A DNA stretch of 64,000 nucleotides from Salinivirgaceae bacterium (GTDB taxonomy: Bacteria > Bacteroidota > Bacteroidia > Bacteroidales > SZUA-534): contig JAKSOL010000002.1 in NCBI GenBank assembly GCA_024405635.1, positions 1 through 64,000 of the forward strand, in the 5' to 3' direction. The notes beneath the pieces were generated by a model. The model ran no database searches. It saw nothing but the letters and a program-made list of their open reading frames with translations, and was not told where the DNA came from. This document shows, one piece after another, positions 1-9,173 of this stretch; the first letter of the stretch is position 1; each line of letters opens with the position of its first letter. The position numbers and the translations under genes are program-made.

Positions 1-228
1 TCCCTATTTTCTTTACTTTGAGCACTTTTTTTTATATCGAACTCACGTTATTAGATTGACTTGCGGTTGTGAAATCAAATAAGCGTTATGTAGTAAAATA
101 GATAACCAAAGTTGTTTATAAATACGCAAAGTGCTAATAATTAGGATAAAACAAGATATTGAAAATCAAGATACTACAAAAGCAATTAAAAATATGTTGA
201 TAAAAATTGTAGGATTAATATTAAGTAG

Positions 229-236
229 TATTTTTG
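229..236 (+). promoter_or_regulatory. Bacteroidota primary-sigma -7 promoter box (TATTTTTG) for the rplM operon
   Basis: Matches TAnnTTTG and lies just upstream of the leader hairpin at 240-261; TTG at 207-209 is a possible -33 element. Confidence 0.7.
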
Positions 237-239
237 CAG

Positions 240-261
240 TCCACATTTGGGGAAATGTGGA
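240..261 (+). promoter_or_regulatory. 5'-leader hairpin of rplM (candidate L13 ribosomal leader)
   Basis: Perfect 9-bp stem TCCACATTT-GGGG-AAATGTGGA at the predicted transcript start. Confidence 0.55.
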
Positions 262-301
262 ATAGATCTAAATTATTATTAACTAAAAAGTTAGGATTAG
301 A

Positions 302-757
302 GTGGACACACTGAGTTTTAAAACAATCTCGGCAAATTCTGCAACCGTTGACAAAAAATGGGTTGTAATCGACGCCAAAGAGCAAGTTCTTGGTCGTCTT
401 GCCAGTAGTGCTGCCTACTTGCTAAGAGGCAAGCACAAAACAAACTTCACTCCTCATGTTGACTGCGGCGATAATGTTATTATTATCAATGCCGACAAAA
501 TTACCTTGACTGGTAACAAATGGGAGAAGAAGGAGTACATTCACCACACTGGTTTTCCAGGTGGACAACGTTCAATTGTAGCAAAAAACTTGATGGCTAA
601 AAACCCAATTGCTATGGTTGAAAAAGCTGTAAAAAACATGTTGCCAAAAAATCGTCTTGGCGCTGCTTTGTACAGAAATCTTCATGTTTATGCAGGCGAG
701 AGCCATCCACATGAGGCTCAACAACCTGAAGTAATCACATTAAACTCAATTAAGTAA
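302..757 (+). CDS. rplM: 50S ribosomal protein L13
   Basis: WVVIDA, LGRLAS, LRGKHK, FTPHVDCGD and MLPKNRLG motifs; GTG start. Confidence 0.99.
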   Translation: MDTLSFKTISANSATVDKKWVVIDAKEQVLGRLASSAAYLLRGKHKTNFTPHVDCGDNVIIINADKITLTGNKWEKKEYIHHTGFPGGQRSIVAKNLMAKNPIAMVEKAVKNMLPKNRLGAALYRNLHVYAGESHPHEAQQPEVITLNSIK

Positions 758-1144
758 ATGGAAGTTAAAAATGCAGTAGGACGTAGAAAGTCCGCAATCG
801 CACGCGTTTACTTGAGCCAAGGAACAGGCAATGTTACAGTAAACGGCAAAGACTACAAGACTTATTTTCCATTGGAGACTTTGCAGTATGTAGTAACCCA
901 ACCTTTCGCAGTTCTTTCATTGGAAGGCAAATACGACGCCAAAATTATTGTTGATGGTGGCGGTATGAAAGGTCAAGCTGAGGCAATTCGCTTGGGTATT
1001 ACTAGAACATTGATGTTGTTCGACGCTGAGAATCGCAAGGCATTGAAAGCCGCTGGTTTTGTAACCCGTAACCCACGTGAGGTTGAGCGTAAAAAACCAG
1101 GTCAAAAGAAAGCACGTAAAAGATTCCAATTCAGTAAACGTTAA
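758..1144 (+). CDS. rpsI: 30S ribosomal protein S9
   Basis: GRRKSAIARV, GGGMKGQAEAIRLGI, C-terminal QFSKR; abuts the rplM stop. Confidence 0.99.
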   Translation: MEVKNAVGRRKSAIARVYLSQGTGNVTVNGKDYKTYFPLETLQYVVTQPFAVLSLEGKYDAKIIVDGGGMKGQAEAIRLGITRTLMLFDAENRKALKAAGFVTRNPREVERKKPGQKKARKRFQFSKR

Positions 1145-1169
1145 CGATTTTGATGCTGCACGAGAATAT

Positions 1170-1244
1170 CGTTTAGTATCTAAATCGTTAAGACTTCTGA
1201 TATTCAGAACTACTTATCGATTGCTTTTACACAGAATGTAAACG
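1170..1244 (+). promoter_or_regulatory. Structured rpsB leader (candidate S2 autoregulatory RNA)
   Basis: Nested pairings CGTTTA(1170-75)/TAAACG(1239-44), AATCG(1183-87)/CGATT(1218-22) and TTCTGA-TAT-TCAGAA(1195-1209). Confidence 0.6.
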
Positions 1245-1258
1245 AAAAAAGAATTAAA

Positions 1259-2080
1259 ATGTCTAAAGTAAATTTTCAAGATTTATTGGATGCAGGTGCA
1301 CACTTCGGCCACCTGAAAAGAAAATGGAATCCAAATATGGCTCCATATATCTTTATGGAGAAAAATGGAATCCACATCATTGATCTACACAAAACTGTAG
1401 CAAAAATCGATGAAGCTGCAGCTGCTCTTAAGCAAATTGCAAAATCAGGTCGCAAAATCCTTTTTGTTGGTACCAAAAAGCAAGCTAAAGAAATTGTAGC
1501 TGAGCAAATTTCAAAAATCAATATGCCATACGTTAACGAACGTTGGTCAGGCGGTATGCTTACAAACTTCCCCACTGTACGCAAAGCCGTTAAAAAAATG
1601 GCTTCTATCGACAAGATGGAGCAAGATGGTACTTTTGAACACCTTTCAAAAAGAGAGAATCTTCAAATTAAACGTCAACGCGACAAATTGGAGAAAAACC
1701 TTGGTAGCATCAAAGATTTGACTCGCATACCAGCAGCTCTTTTTGTTATTGATATTCAAAAAGAAAAAATTGCCATAGCAGAGGCTCATCGCCTTCAAAT
1801 CCCAGTGTTTGCTATGGTTGACACTAACTCAGATCCTAACGCAGTTGATTATGCAATTCCATGCAACGACGATGCTTCAAAAGCTATCGCTCTTGTGTTG
1901 AGTGCAGTTGCAGAGGCTATTCAAGAGGGTGTTGCTGAACGTAAAGCTGAAAAAGGCAAAGACGATGTAGAGGAGGAAGAAGAGGAGAACAGCAAACCAT
2001 CTAAAGCAAAAAAATCTGCAGCAAAAAAACAAGCTGACAACGATGAGGCTGCTGAAGCTTCAGAGGAGGCAGCAGAGTAA
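1259..2080 (+). CDS. rpsB: 30S ribosomal protein S2
   Basis: AGAHFGH, WNPNM, ILFVGTKKQA, RWSGGMLTN and DTNSDP motifs; acidic C-terminal tail. Confidence 0.99.
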   Translation: MSKVNFQDLLDAGAHFGHLKRKWNPNMAPYIFMEKNGIHIIDLHKTVAKIDEAAAALKQIAKSGRKILFVGTKKQAKEIVAEQISKINMPYVNERWSGGMLTNFPTVRKAVKKMASIDKMEQDGTFEHLSKRENLQIKRQRDKLEKNLGSIKDLTRIPAALFVIDIQKEKIAIAEAHRLQIPVFAMVDTNSDPNAVDYAIPCNDDASKAIALVLSAVAEAIQEGVAERKAEKGKDDVEEEEEENSKPSKAKKSAAKKQADNDEAAEASEEAAE

Positions 2081-2104
2081 TAATCCCCTAAAACAAATTA
2101 AAGT

Positions 2105-3094
2105 ATGATATCTGCAGCTGATGTAGCAAAGTTGAGAAAAACCACTGGTGCTGGTATGATGGACTGCAAAAAAGCCCTTACCGAAGCTAATGGCGATTTT
2201 GACCGCGCTATTCAAATTATTCGCGAAAAAGGTCAAGCCGTGGCTAATAAACGTGCTGACCGCGAAGCATCTGAAGGCAACGTAATTGCTAAAGCTAGTG
2301 CTGATGGCAAGTTTGGCGCTATGATTGCTCTTAACTGCGAGACCGACTTTGTGGCTAAAAACGAGGATTTTGTAAAACTCGCTAACGAGATTTGCGACCT
2401 TGCTCTTGCTACAAAACCAGCTAACCTTGAGGCTTTGAAAGCTACTGCTTTTCAAGGCAAAACAGTTGGCGATATTATCGTAGAGCAAATTGGTATTATT
2501 GGTGAGAAGATTGAGTTGGCTTGCTGCGAAACTCTTGAGGGTGAAGTGGTTTATCCATACATCCACATGGGCAACAAGTTGGCTACTCTTGTTAGCTTTA
2601 ACCAAGCTGGCGTTGATGTTCAAGTTTATAAAGATGTAGCAATGCAAGTTGCTGCTATGAACCCAATCGCACTTGACAAAGATTCAGTTTCAGCTGAAAC
2701 TATTGAATCAGAAAAAGCAATTGCTATTGAGAAAACTAAACAAGAGCAAATTCAAAAAGCTGTTGACAATGCTCTTTCAAAAGCTGGTATTAACCCTGCT
2801 CACGTTGACTCTGAAGATCATATCGAGTCAAACATGGCTAAAGGTTGGATAACTCCAGAGCAAGCTCAACAAGCTCGCGAAATTAAAGCAAAAGTAGCAG
2901 AGGAAAAGGCTAACAACATTCCTGCTCAAATGCTTGAAAATATTGTTAAAGGTCGTATCGAAAAGTTCTATAAAGAGAGCACATTGATGAACCAAGAGTT
3001 TATTAAAGACGCTAAGATGAGTGTTAAGCAAATGCTTGATTCTGCATCAAAAGGTCTTGTTGCAACTGGTTTCCGTCGCTACTCATTGAAGTAA
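2105..3094 (+). CDS. tsf: Elongation factor Ts (long Bacteroidales form)
   Basis: LRKTTGAGMMDCKKAL and NCETDFVAKN; follows rpsB. Confidence 0.99.
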   Translation: MISAADVAKLRKTTGAGMMDCKKALTEANGDFDRAIQIIREKGQAVANKRADREASEGNVIAKASADGKFGAMIALNCETDFVAKNEDFVKLANEICDLALATKPANLEALKATAFQGKTVGDIIVEQIGIIGEKIELACCETLEGEVVYPYIHMGNKLATLVSFNQAGVDVQVYKDVAMQVAAMNPIALDKDSVSAETIESEKAIAIEKTKQEQIQKAVDNALSKAGINPAHVDSEDHIESNMAKGWITPEQAQQAREIKAKVAEEKANNIPAQMLENIVKGRIEKFYKESTLMNQEFIKDAKMSVKQMLDSASKGLVATGFRRYSLK

Positions 3095-3120
3095 TCGGTA
3101 TTCTAGCAATAGAACATAAA

Positions 3121-3152
3121 AAAGCTCGAGGCGTAAGTCTCGGGCTTTTTTT
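3121..3152 (+). terminator. Rho-independent terminator after tsf
   Basis: AAAGCTCGAGGC-GTAA-GTCTCGGGCTTT stem followed by a T-tract. Confidence 0.85.
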
Positions 3153-3266
3153 TATAATTGCAATAAATGATAATTTAGAATGGAACGAAAGTGTGCAGAA
3201 AACAATTCTTTTGCTCCGTTTATCATAAATTGATAAAAATCACAAAGGTCATTGCAAAATAATTCA

Positions 3267-3274
3267 TACTTTTG
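3267..3274 (+). promoter_or_regulatory. -7 promoter box (TACTTTTG) for the DUF6089-uppS-bamA operon
   Basis: TAnnTTTG 23 nt before ATG 3298. Confidence 0.6.
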
Positions 3275-3297
3275 AAGGTTTGAAATGGTGTCTTGAT

Positions 3298-4251
3298 ATG
3301 AAAAAATATTTAGCCGTATTAACGGTGTTGGCATTGTTGCCAATATTAACCGATGCACAAGCAAATCGTTGGAAAAGAACTCGCTATGAGTTGGTTGGCG
3401 GCCTTGGAGTCTCAACATTTGTGGGCGATTTGGGAGGAGGAAATAAGCCGGAGGGTAAACATTTCCTTTCGGACTATGACTTTATGTCGCAACGATTTGT
3501 GCTTAATGGAGGTTTGCGCTATAAACTGCTTAATAGTGTGGCTGTGCAAGGTGTATTGTCTTATGCAATGTTGGCTGGCAACGATAATAAAACTGAGAAT
3601 ATTTACCGTCAAGATCGAAATTTAAGTTTTCGTACAAATCTTTGGGAATTATCAACCCATCTTGAATATTCAATTATTCCAGAACCATTAAACTATCGCC
3701 GTAACCGCAGGGGACATTTTAGTTTGCGTAGTTTGTTGCAAATAAATACTTATGTATTTGCTGGTGTTTCTGTGTTTTATTTCAATCCAAAAGGTAAAGA
3801 TGATACTGGCGAAGGCGCAACAAATAAATGGGTTGCTCTTCAGCCTCTTGGGACAGAAGGTCAGGGATTGGTAGATGGTAGAAAAAAATATAGTAGAGTG
3901 CAAGTCGCTATACCATTTGGTATGGGTTTTAAATACGCTATAAATCGAAAGATGAGTGTTGGTCTTGAATTTGGCCCACGTTATACCTTTACCGACTATA
4001 TAGACGATGTGAGTACAACTTATGTTGATAATGAATGGCTGCGAGAAAAACGAGGCGATGTTGCAGCGCGTTTAGCAGATAAAAGCATTAAAACCAATCC
4101 AGAAAACCCTGATAGTGATCCAGTGCCTAACGTAAACTATGGAGGCGGAGACCAAAGGGGTGAAGCTAAGTTTAACGACTTTTATATGTTCACTACAGTC
4201 CACATTACGTATAAATTAACAACTGGAAGAAACGGATTGCCTAAATTCTAG
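3298..4251 (+). CDS. DUF6089/PorG-like outer-membrane beta-barrel protein, paralog 1
   Basis: Signal peptide MKKYLAV...TDA/Q; ELVGGLGVSTFVGDL, RNLSFRT, YFNPK, IPFGMGFKY and FTDYIDDVS motifs; start moved from TTG 3280 to ATG 3298. Confidence 0.75.
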   Translation: MKKYLAVLTVLALLPILTDAQANRWKRTRYELVGGLGVSTFVGDLGGGNKPEGKHFLSDYDFMSQRFVLNGGLRYKLLNSVAVQGVLSYAMLAGNDNKTENIYRQDRNLSFRTNLWELSTHLEYSIIPEPLNYRRNRRGHFSLRSLLQINTYVFAGVSVFYFNPKGKDDTGEGATNKWVALQPLGTEGQGLVDGRKKYSRVQVAIPFGMGFKYAINRKMSVGLEFGPRYTFTDYIDDVSTTYVDNEWLREKRGDVAARLADKSIKTNPENPDSDPVPNVNYGGGDQRGEAKFNDFYMFTTVHITYKLTTGRNGLPKF

Positions 4252-4272
4252 AACAAAAAACCTAAAAAGAAT

Positions 4273-5055
4273 ATGAAAAAGTATATTGTTGCACTCGTCC
4301 TTCTTTGTGTTAGTATAAGTGTTTATGCTGACCGATGGGATACTCGTAAGTATGAGTTGCGCTATGGTCTTGGATTGAATAACTTTATGGGCGATATATG
4401 TGCGCCAAAAGATCCTAAAAAGCAGATTTGGATAGTGCCATTCAGTTCTACTGGATATGTTGCCGATGGAATGTTGAAGTATATTGTAAAAGATCGCCAT
4501 TCGGTTTCAGGCTCGTTAAATATGGGATATTTGACAGCTAAAGATCCAAAAAACAATTCCAATTATTGGTATCGTGATGGATATCAATTCAGAAGTTTTT
4601 TCACTGAATTGGGATTCCGTTATGAGTATGAATTTGTTCGTGAACGTAGAAAATCAACAGTTTATCGTCAATTGGGCGAAACGGTTTTTAAAAATATAAC
4701 CATTCCTTCGTACTTGTTTGCTGGAGCAGGAGTTGAAATGAATTACGGCGGTTTTAACTGGAATACAAAAGATGGAAAGGAACGTATGAATGAAAAATAT
4801 TTTTGTGTTGCACCTGTAATTATGATGGGTGTTGGCGCAAAATTCCGTGTTGCACACAATACCTATGTGGGTGGCGAATTTGGTTTGCGCTTTGCATTGG
4901 GTGATAAACTAGATAATTGTTCAGGAAAAGATAGTCCTCAGTTTGGCAAATGGATTGACCAATACCAGGTAGTCACTATTAATGTGATTCACAAGTTGAA
5001 GGCCAAAAAGAATAATATGCCAAACTTCAAGTCAATTAGAGTTAAGTATCTATGA
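4273..5055 (+). CDS. DUF6089/PorG-like outer-membrane beta-barrel protein, paralog 2 (divergent)
   Basis: Signal peptide; ELRYGLGLNNFMGDI and GDKLD align with paralogs 1 and 3; amphipathic strands. Confidence 0.6.
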   Translation: MKKYIVALVLLCVSISVYADRWDTRKYELRYGLGLNNFMGDICAPKDPKKQIWIVPFSSTGYVADGMLKYIVKDRHSVSGSLNMGYLTAKDPKNNSNYWYRDGYQFRSFFTELGFRYEYEFVRERRKSTVYRQLGETVFKNITIPSYLFAGAGVEMNYGGFNWNTKDGKERMNEKYFCVAPVIMMGVGAKFRVAHNTYVGGEFGLRFALGDKLDNCSGKDSPQFGKWIDQYQVVTINVIHKLKAKKNNMPNFKSIRVKYL

Positions 5056-5735
5056 TAATAGGCCGAAGAGAAGTATTAAGCATAATACTCACTTTGGTAT
5101 TTGGTTGTGCGTGCGCGCAAACGCATTCGGTTCGATATGGCGAATTGGGTGGAGCTTTGGGTGTGCAATACTATTTGGGCGATATTAACCCTATTCCATT
5201 CAAGAGTTCAAGGCCAGTAGGAGAATTGTTTTATCGAATGAATTTTAATACGCGTTTTGCAACTAAAGGTTTGTTCTCATTTGGTTCGCTAGCTGCTGAT
5301 GATTCTAAATATAAGAGCAAGTTTCAAAAGGAGCGAGGGGAAAGTTTTTCTACTAGCATAGCTAGAATTGCGGCAATGGGCGAGTTTAATTTTATTCCGT
5401 ATATGCCAGGTCCTAGAAACAAAAACTATACGCCATACATACAAGCGGGATTGGGGGCTTTTGTTCAAACTAAGGCGAAGGGCGATCGATTAATTTTTGA
5501 TGTGCCTTTTGGTGTGGGAATGAAATTTACCCAATACAAGCGAATTACTTATGGTTTTGATTGGACAATGCATTTGTTGTTGTCGGATAACATAGATTTT
5601 TCTAGCTCTAGCCCATCGCATGTGACAGTAATTAAACAAAAGAATGTTAATTCTGATCGTGATTGGATGTCGTACTTGGGCTTTTATTTGGCATATAGGG
5701 TAGAATATCCGCCAAAATGTCCATCGTTTGATTAA
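5052..5735 (+). CDS. porG: T9SS protein PorG-like (DUF6089) barrel
   Basis: ELGGALGVQYYLGDINP, EFNF, VPFGVGMKF, C-terminal Cys (KCPSFD); directly upstream of uppS-bamA-skp as in Porphyromonas. Confidence 0.65.
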   Translation: MIIGRREVLSIILTLVFGCACAQTHSVRYGELGGALGVQYYLGDINPIPFKSSRPVGELFYRMNFNTRFATKGLFSFGSLAADDSKYKSKFQKERGESFSTSIARIAAMGEFNFIPYMPGPRNKNYTPYIQAGLGAFVQTKAKGDRLIFDVPFGVGMKFTQYKRITYGFDWTMHLLLSDNIDFSSSSPSHVTVIKQKNVNSDRDWMSYLGFYLAYRVEYPPKCPSFD

Positions 5736-5756
5736 ATTCGCACAATTTTTTTGACA

Positions 5757-6497
5757 ATGTCAGTAAGTGAAAACATCATAAAAGAGCGAATCCCGCGTCA
5801 CATTGCTATTATTATGGATGGTAATGGGCGATGGGCACAACAAAAAGGCAACATTCGCATATTTGGACACCGAAATGCTATATCGGCAGTTCGTGAAGCA
5901 TGTGAGGGTTGTGCTGAGTTGGGCGTTGAGTATCTTACTTTGTACGCATTTAGTACCGAAAATTGGGATAGGCCCAAGGCTGAAGTTGCAGCTTTGATGG
6001 ATTTACTTATGACAACAATAAATAGTGAACTTCAGACACTAATTAAGAATAATGTTCGTTTGAATGCCATAGGTAGGTTGAATGAATTGCCTGAAAAAGT
6101 TCGCGAAAACTTGATGAGTACAATCGAAAAAACCAAAAATAACACCGGAATGACCTTGACTTTGGCGTTGAGTTATAGCTCGCGCGCTGAGTTAGTTGAT
6201 GCTATTAAAAATATGGCTACCGATGTGAAATTAGGAAAAATAGCAGAGACGGATATTGATGATGCCTGTGTGAATAATTATCTGTACACCAATAATATGC
6301 CAGATCCTGATTTGCTGATTCGTACAAGTGGAGAGTTGCGCATTAGCAACTTTATGCTATGGCAAATAGCCTATTCGGAGTTGTATTTTACACCAGTGCT
6401 TTGGCCCGATTTTACACGTGAAGACTTACATAAGGCGATAATTGATTATCAACAACGTGAACGCCGATTTGGCAAAACAAGTGAACAAGTAAAATAA
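5757..6497 (+). CDS. uppS: Undecaprenyl/isoprenyl diphosphate synthase
   Basis: HIAIIMDGNGRWA, YAFSTENW, DLLIRTSGELRISNF, RERRFG. Confidence 0.97.
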   Translation: MSVSENIIKERIPRHIAIIMDGNGRWAQQKGNIRIFGHRNAISAVREACEGCAELGVEYLTLYAFSTENWDRPKAEVAALMDLLMTTINSELQTLIKNNVRLNAIGRLNELPEKVRENLMSTIEKTKNNTGMTLTLALSYSSRAELVDAIKNMATDVKLGKIAETDIDDACVNNYLYTNNMPDPDLLIRTSGELRISNFMLWQIAYSELYFTPVLWPDFTREDLHKAIIDYQQRERRFGKTSEQVK

Positions 6498-6509
6498 GAA
6501 GTGAGGACA

Positions 6510-9029
6510 ATGAAAAAATACTTGGTTTTGTTGCTTGTTATGCTTTTGAGCAATGTGAATCTTTTGGCACAAAAGATAGATTACTCACGTCCGAAAAAAT
6601 ATGAAATAGCGGCAATAACAACAACTGGAGTAAAGTATCTAAATCCTACTGTGTTGGTTAATCTTTCGGGATTGAAAGTGGGACAAACTATTGAAGTTCC
6701 TGGAAATGATATTAGTAAAGCCATTAATAAGTTGTGGAAACATGGTTTGTTTGGTGATGTGAATATTACAGCGACAAAAATTGAAGGCGATAAAATTTAC
6801 TTGAATATATATATGCGAGAACGACCTCGATTGTCGCGTTGCCAGTTTGTGGGAATATCAAAAGGACAAGGCGAGGATTTGTTGTCGGAAATGAAAATGA
6901 CAAAAGGTTCACAAGTTACAGACGAACTGATAAATCGATCAAAAAAGACAATTGAGCAATACTACATAAAAAAAGGTTTTCACGATGTAAAGGTTACCGT
7001 TAGGCAAGTTGATGATACTGTGGTGGCCAATACCATTGTTTTGGTTTACAACATCGAAAAAAACGAACGTGTTAAGATTGCAGAGATTGAATTTGAGGGA
7101 AACGATGAGATGTCAGATCGTAAGCTTCGCCGAACAATGAAGGGTACAAAGCGCAAATGCTGGTACAATATTTTCCGCTCGTCAAAATTTATCGAATCAA
7201 AGTATAAAGAAGACAAACAAAGCATTGTTGCTAAATATAACGAACGAGGATATCGCGATGCTGAAGTAACCTTTGATACTGTTTACCGAAACGAGGATAA
7301 CGAGTTTGCAATAAAGGTGAAAGTGAACGAAGGAAAAAAATATTATTTCCGAAACATTGAGTGGATTGGAAATACTAAGTACCCATCGGACTATCTTTCG
7401 GCAGTGCTTGAAATTAAAAAGGGCGATGTATTTGACCAAACACGATTAGACAAACGTTTGTCAGGTGCTGAGGACGCAGTTTCGGCTCTTTATCTTGATA
7501 AGGGATATTTGTTCTATCAGTCGATACCTGTTGAAGTTGCAGTAGAAAATGACTCTATCGACTTGCAAATTAGAATTTACGAAGGAAAGCAAGCTCGAGT
7601 TAACAATGTTGTGATTTACGGCAACGATAAGACAAATGAGCATGTTATTCGTCGTGAAATTTGGACTAAGCCAGGCGATTTGTTTAGTAGGTCAGATATT
7701 ATACGAACAAATAGAGAGTTGGCAAATCTTGGTTATTTCGATCCAGAAAAACTTGATGTTAAGCCTATTCCTAATCAAGCAGATGGAACAGTTGATATTG
7801 AGTACACCGTTGTTGAACGTTCGTCAGATCAGATTGAGTTGAGCGGCGGTTGGGGCGGCGGTGTCGTTATAGGTACATTAGGCTTGTCGTTTACCAACTT
7901 CTCGTTGCGTAATATTGGAAATCTTGAATCGTATAGCCCACTGCCTACAGGCGATGGACAACGTTTGTCTATTCGTGCGCAAACTACTGGAAAACATTAT
8001 CGTTCGTTTAGTTTCTCGTTTACCGAACCTTGGCTAGGAGGCCGTAAACCAAACTCTCTTACATTGTCGGCATACCATACAGTTCGATCAAGTTCAAACG
8101 TTTATCAATCCAACATATCTCAATATATGAAGATATCGGGTTGCGCGGTAGGCTTAGGTCGTCGTTTGGAATGGCCCGACAACTATTTTACATTGTATAA
8201 CGAGTTGAGTTTCCAGCGCTATAATATCAAGAATTACGCAGTGTTGAAGGAGTTTACAACTGGTATATCAAACAACTTGAGTTTAACTACAGTATTGTCG
8301 CGTAACTCAATCGACCAACCATTGTATCCACGACGAGGAGCTAGCATGTCGTTAACATTGCAGTTAACTCCGCCTTACTCATTGATGCGTCGCCGTGGTT
8401 TCTGGGAACTTGGACCAGAGCAGAAAAAGGCTTTGGGTAACGACGAAAGTGCTATTAAGCAAGCCGAAATGTCGCGCAAATACAAGATGATTGAGTATCA
8501 TAAATGGAAATTTAAGGCCGATTGGTATAATACCATAGTAAGCAATTTGGTATTGCGCACTAACTTTGAATTTGGCTACTTGGGCTATTATAATAGCCGT
8601 TGGGGATACTCTCCATTTGAGTCGTTCCAACTTGGAGGCGATGGTATGCAAGGCGGTAACTATTATTATGGCTACGATGTAATTCCAATGCGAGGTTACG
8701 ATAATGGTATGAATGGAAATGGTTCGTTAACCGATTATCCACAGGCTGATATATACCAAAAGCTATCAGTTGAATTACGTTATCCTATAACAATGAGCCA
8801 GTCGGCAACAATATATGGTTTGGCATTTTTTGATGCAGGAAACTCTTGGTATGAAATAAAGAATTACAACCCATATAGCGTGTATCGTTCGGCGGGAGTT
8901 GGCGTTCGCTTTTGGTTGCCTATGCTTGGTTGGTTAGGCCTTGATTGGGGTTACGGTTTCGATCCAAATCCACGTAATCCTGGCTCAAATGGAAGCCAGT
9001 TTGCGTTTACCATCGGACAACAGATGTAG
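6510..9029 (+). CDS. bamA: Outer-membrane protein assembly factor BamA
   Basis: Signal peptide, POTRA repeats (GNDKTNEHVIRRE), barrel with FTEPWLGG, MRGY and FFDAGN; followed by skp genes. Confidence 0.96.
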   Translation: MKKYLVLLLVMLLSNVNLLAQKIDYSRPKKYEIAAITTTGVKYLNPTVLVNLSGLKVGQTIEVPGNDISKAINKLWKHGLFGDVNITATKIEGDKIYLNIYMRERPRLSRCQFVGISKGQGEDLLSEMKMTKGSQVTDELINRSKKTIEQYYIKKGFHDVKVTVRQVDDTVVANTIVLVYNIEKNERVKIAEIEFEGNDEMSDRKLRRTMKGTKRKCWYNIFRSSKFIESKYKEDKQSIVAKYNERGYRDAEVTFDTVYRNEDNEFAIKVKVNEGKKYYFRNIEWIGNTKYPSDYLSAVLEIKKGDVFDQTRLDKRLSGAEDAVSALYLDKGYLFYQSIPVEVAVENDSIDLQIRIYEGKQARVNNVVIYGNDKTNEHVIRREIWTKPGDLFSRSDIIRTNRELANLGYFDPEKLDVKPIPNQADGTVDIEYTVVERSSDQIELSGGWGGGVVIGTLGLSFTNFSLRNIGNLESYSPLPTGDGQRLSIRAQTTGKHYRSFSFSFTEPWLGGRKPNSLTLSAYHTVRSSSNVYQSNISQYMKISGCAVGLGRRLEWPDNYFTLYNELSFQRYNIKNYAVLKEFTTGISNNLSLTTVLSRNSIDQPLYPRRGASMSLTLQLTPPYSLMRRRGFWELGPEQKKALGNDESAIKQAEMSRKYKMIEYHKWKFKADWYNTIVSNLVLRTNFEFGYLGYYNSRWGYSPFESFQLGGDGMQGGNYYYGYDVIPMRGYDNGMNGNGSLTDYPQADIYQKLSVELRYPITMSQSATIYGLAFFDAGNSWYEIKNYNPYSVYRSAGVGVRFWLPMLGWLGLDWGYGFDPNPRNPGSNGSQFAFTIGQQM

Positions 9030-9173
9030 CTTAAATAGTGTAACATTTTTTTTAATCGGCATTAGTGTCGTTTTATAATCTATAATGCCAAATATCAATC
9101 TATAATAGATGACAAAGGCAATAGAATGAAATAAAAACCGTTTTGAAAAACAGAAACTATAAAATTAGTAACT

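Noticed and set aside
9039-9072. TGTAAC upstream of skp as a second ECF-type promoter
   Set aside because: The nearest CGT is 24 nt away, outside the 16-17 nt spacing
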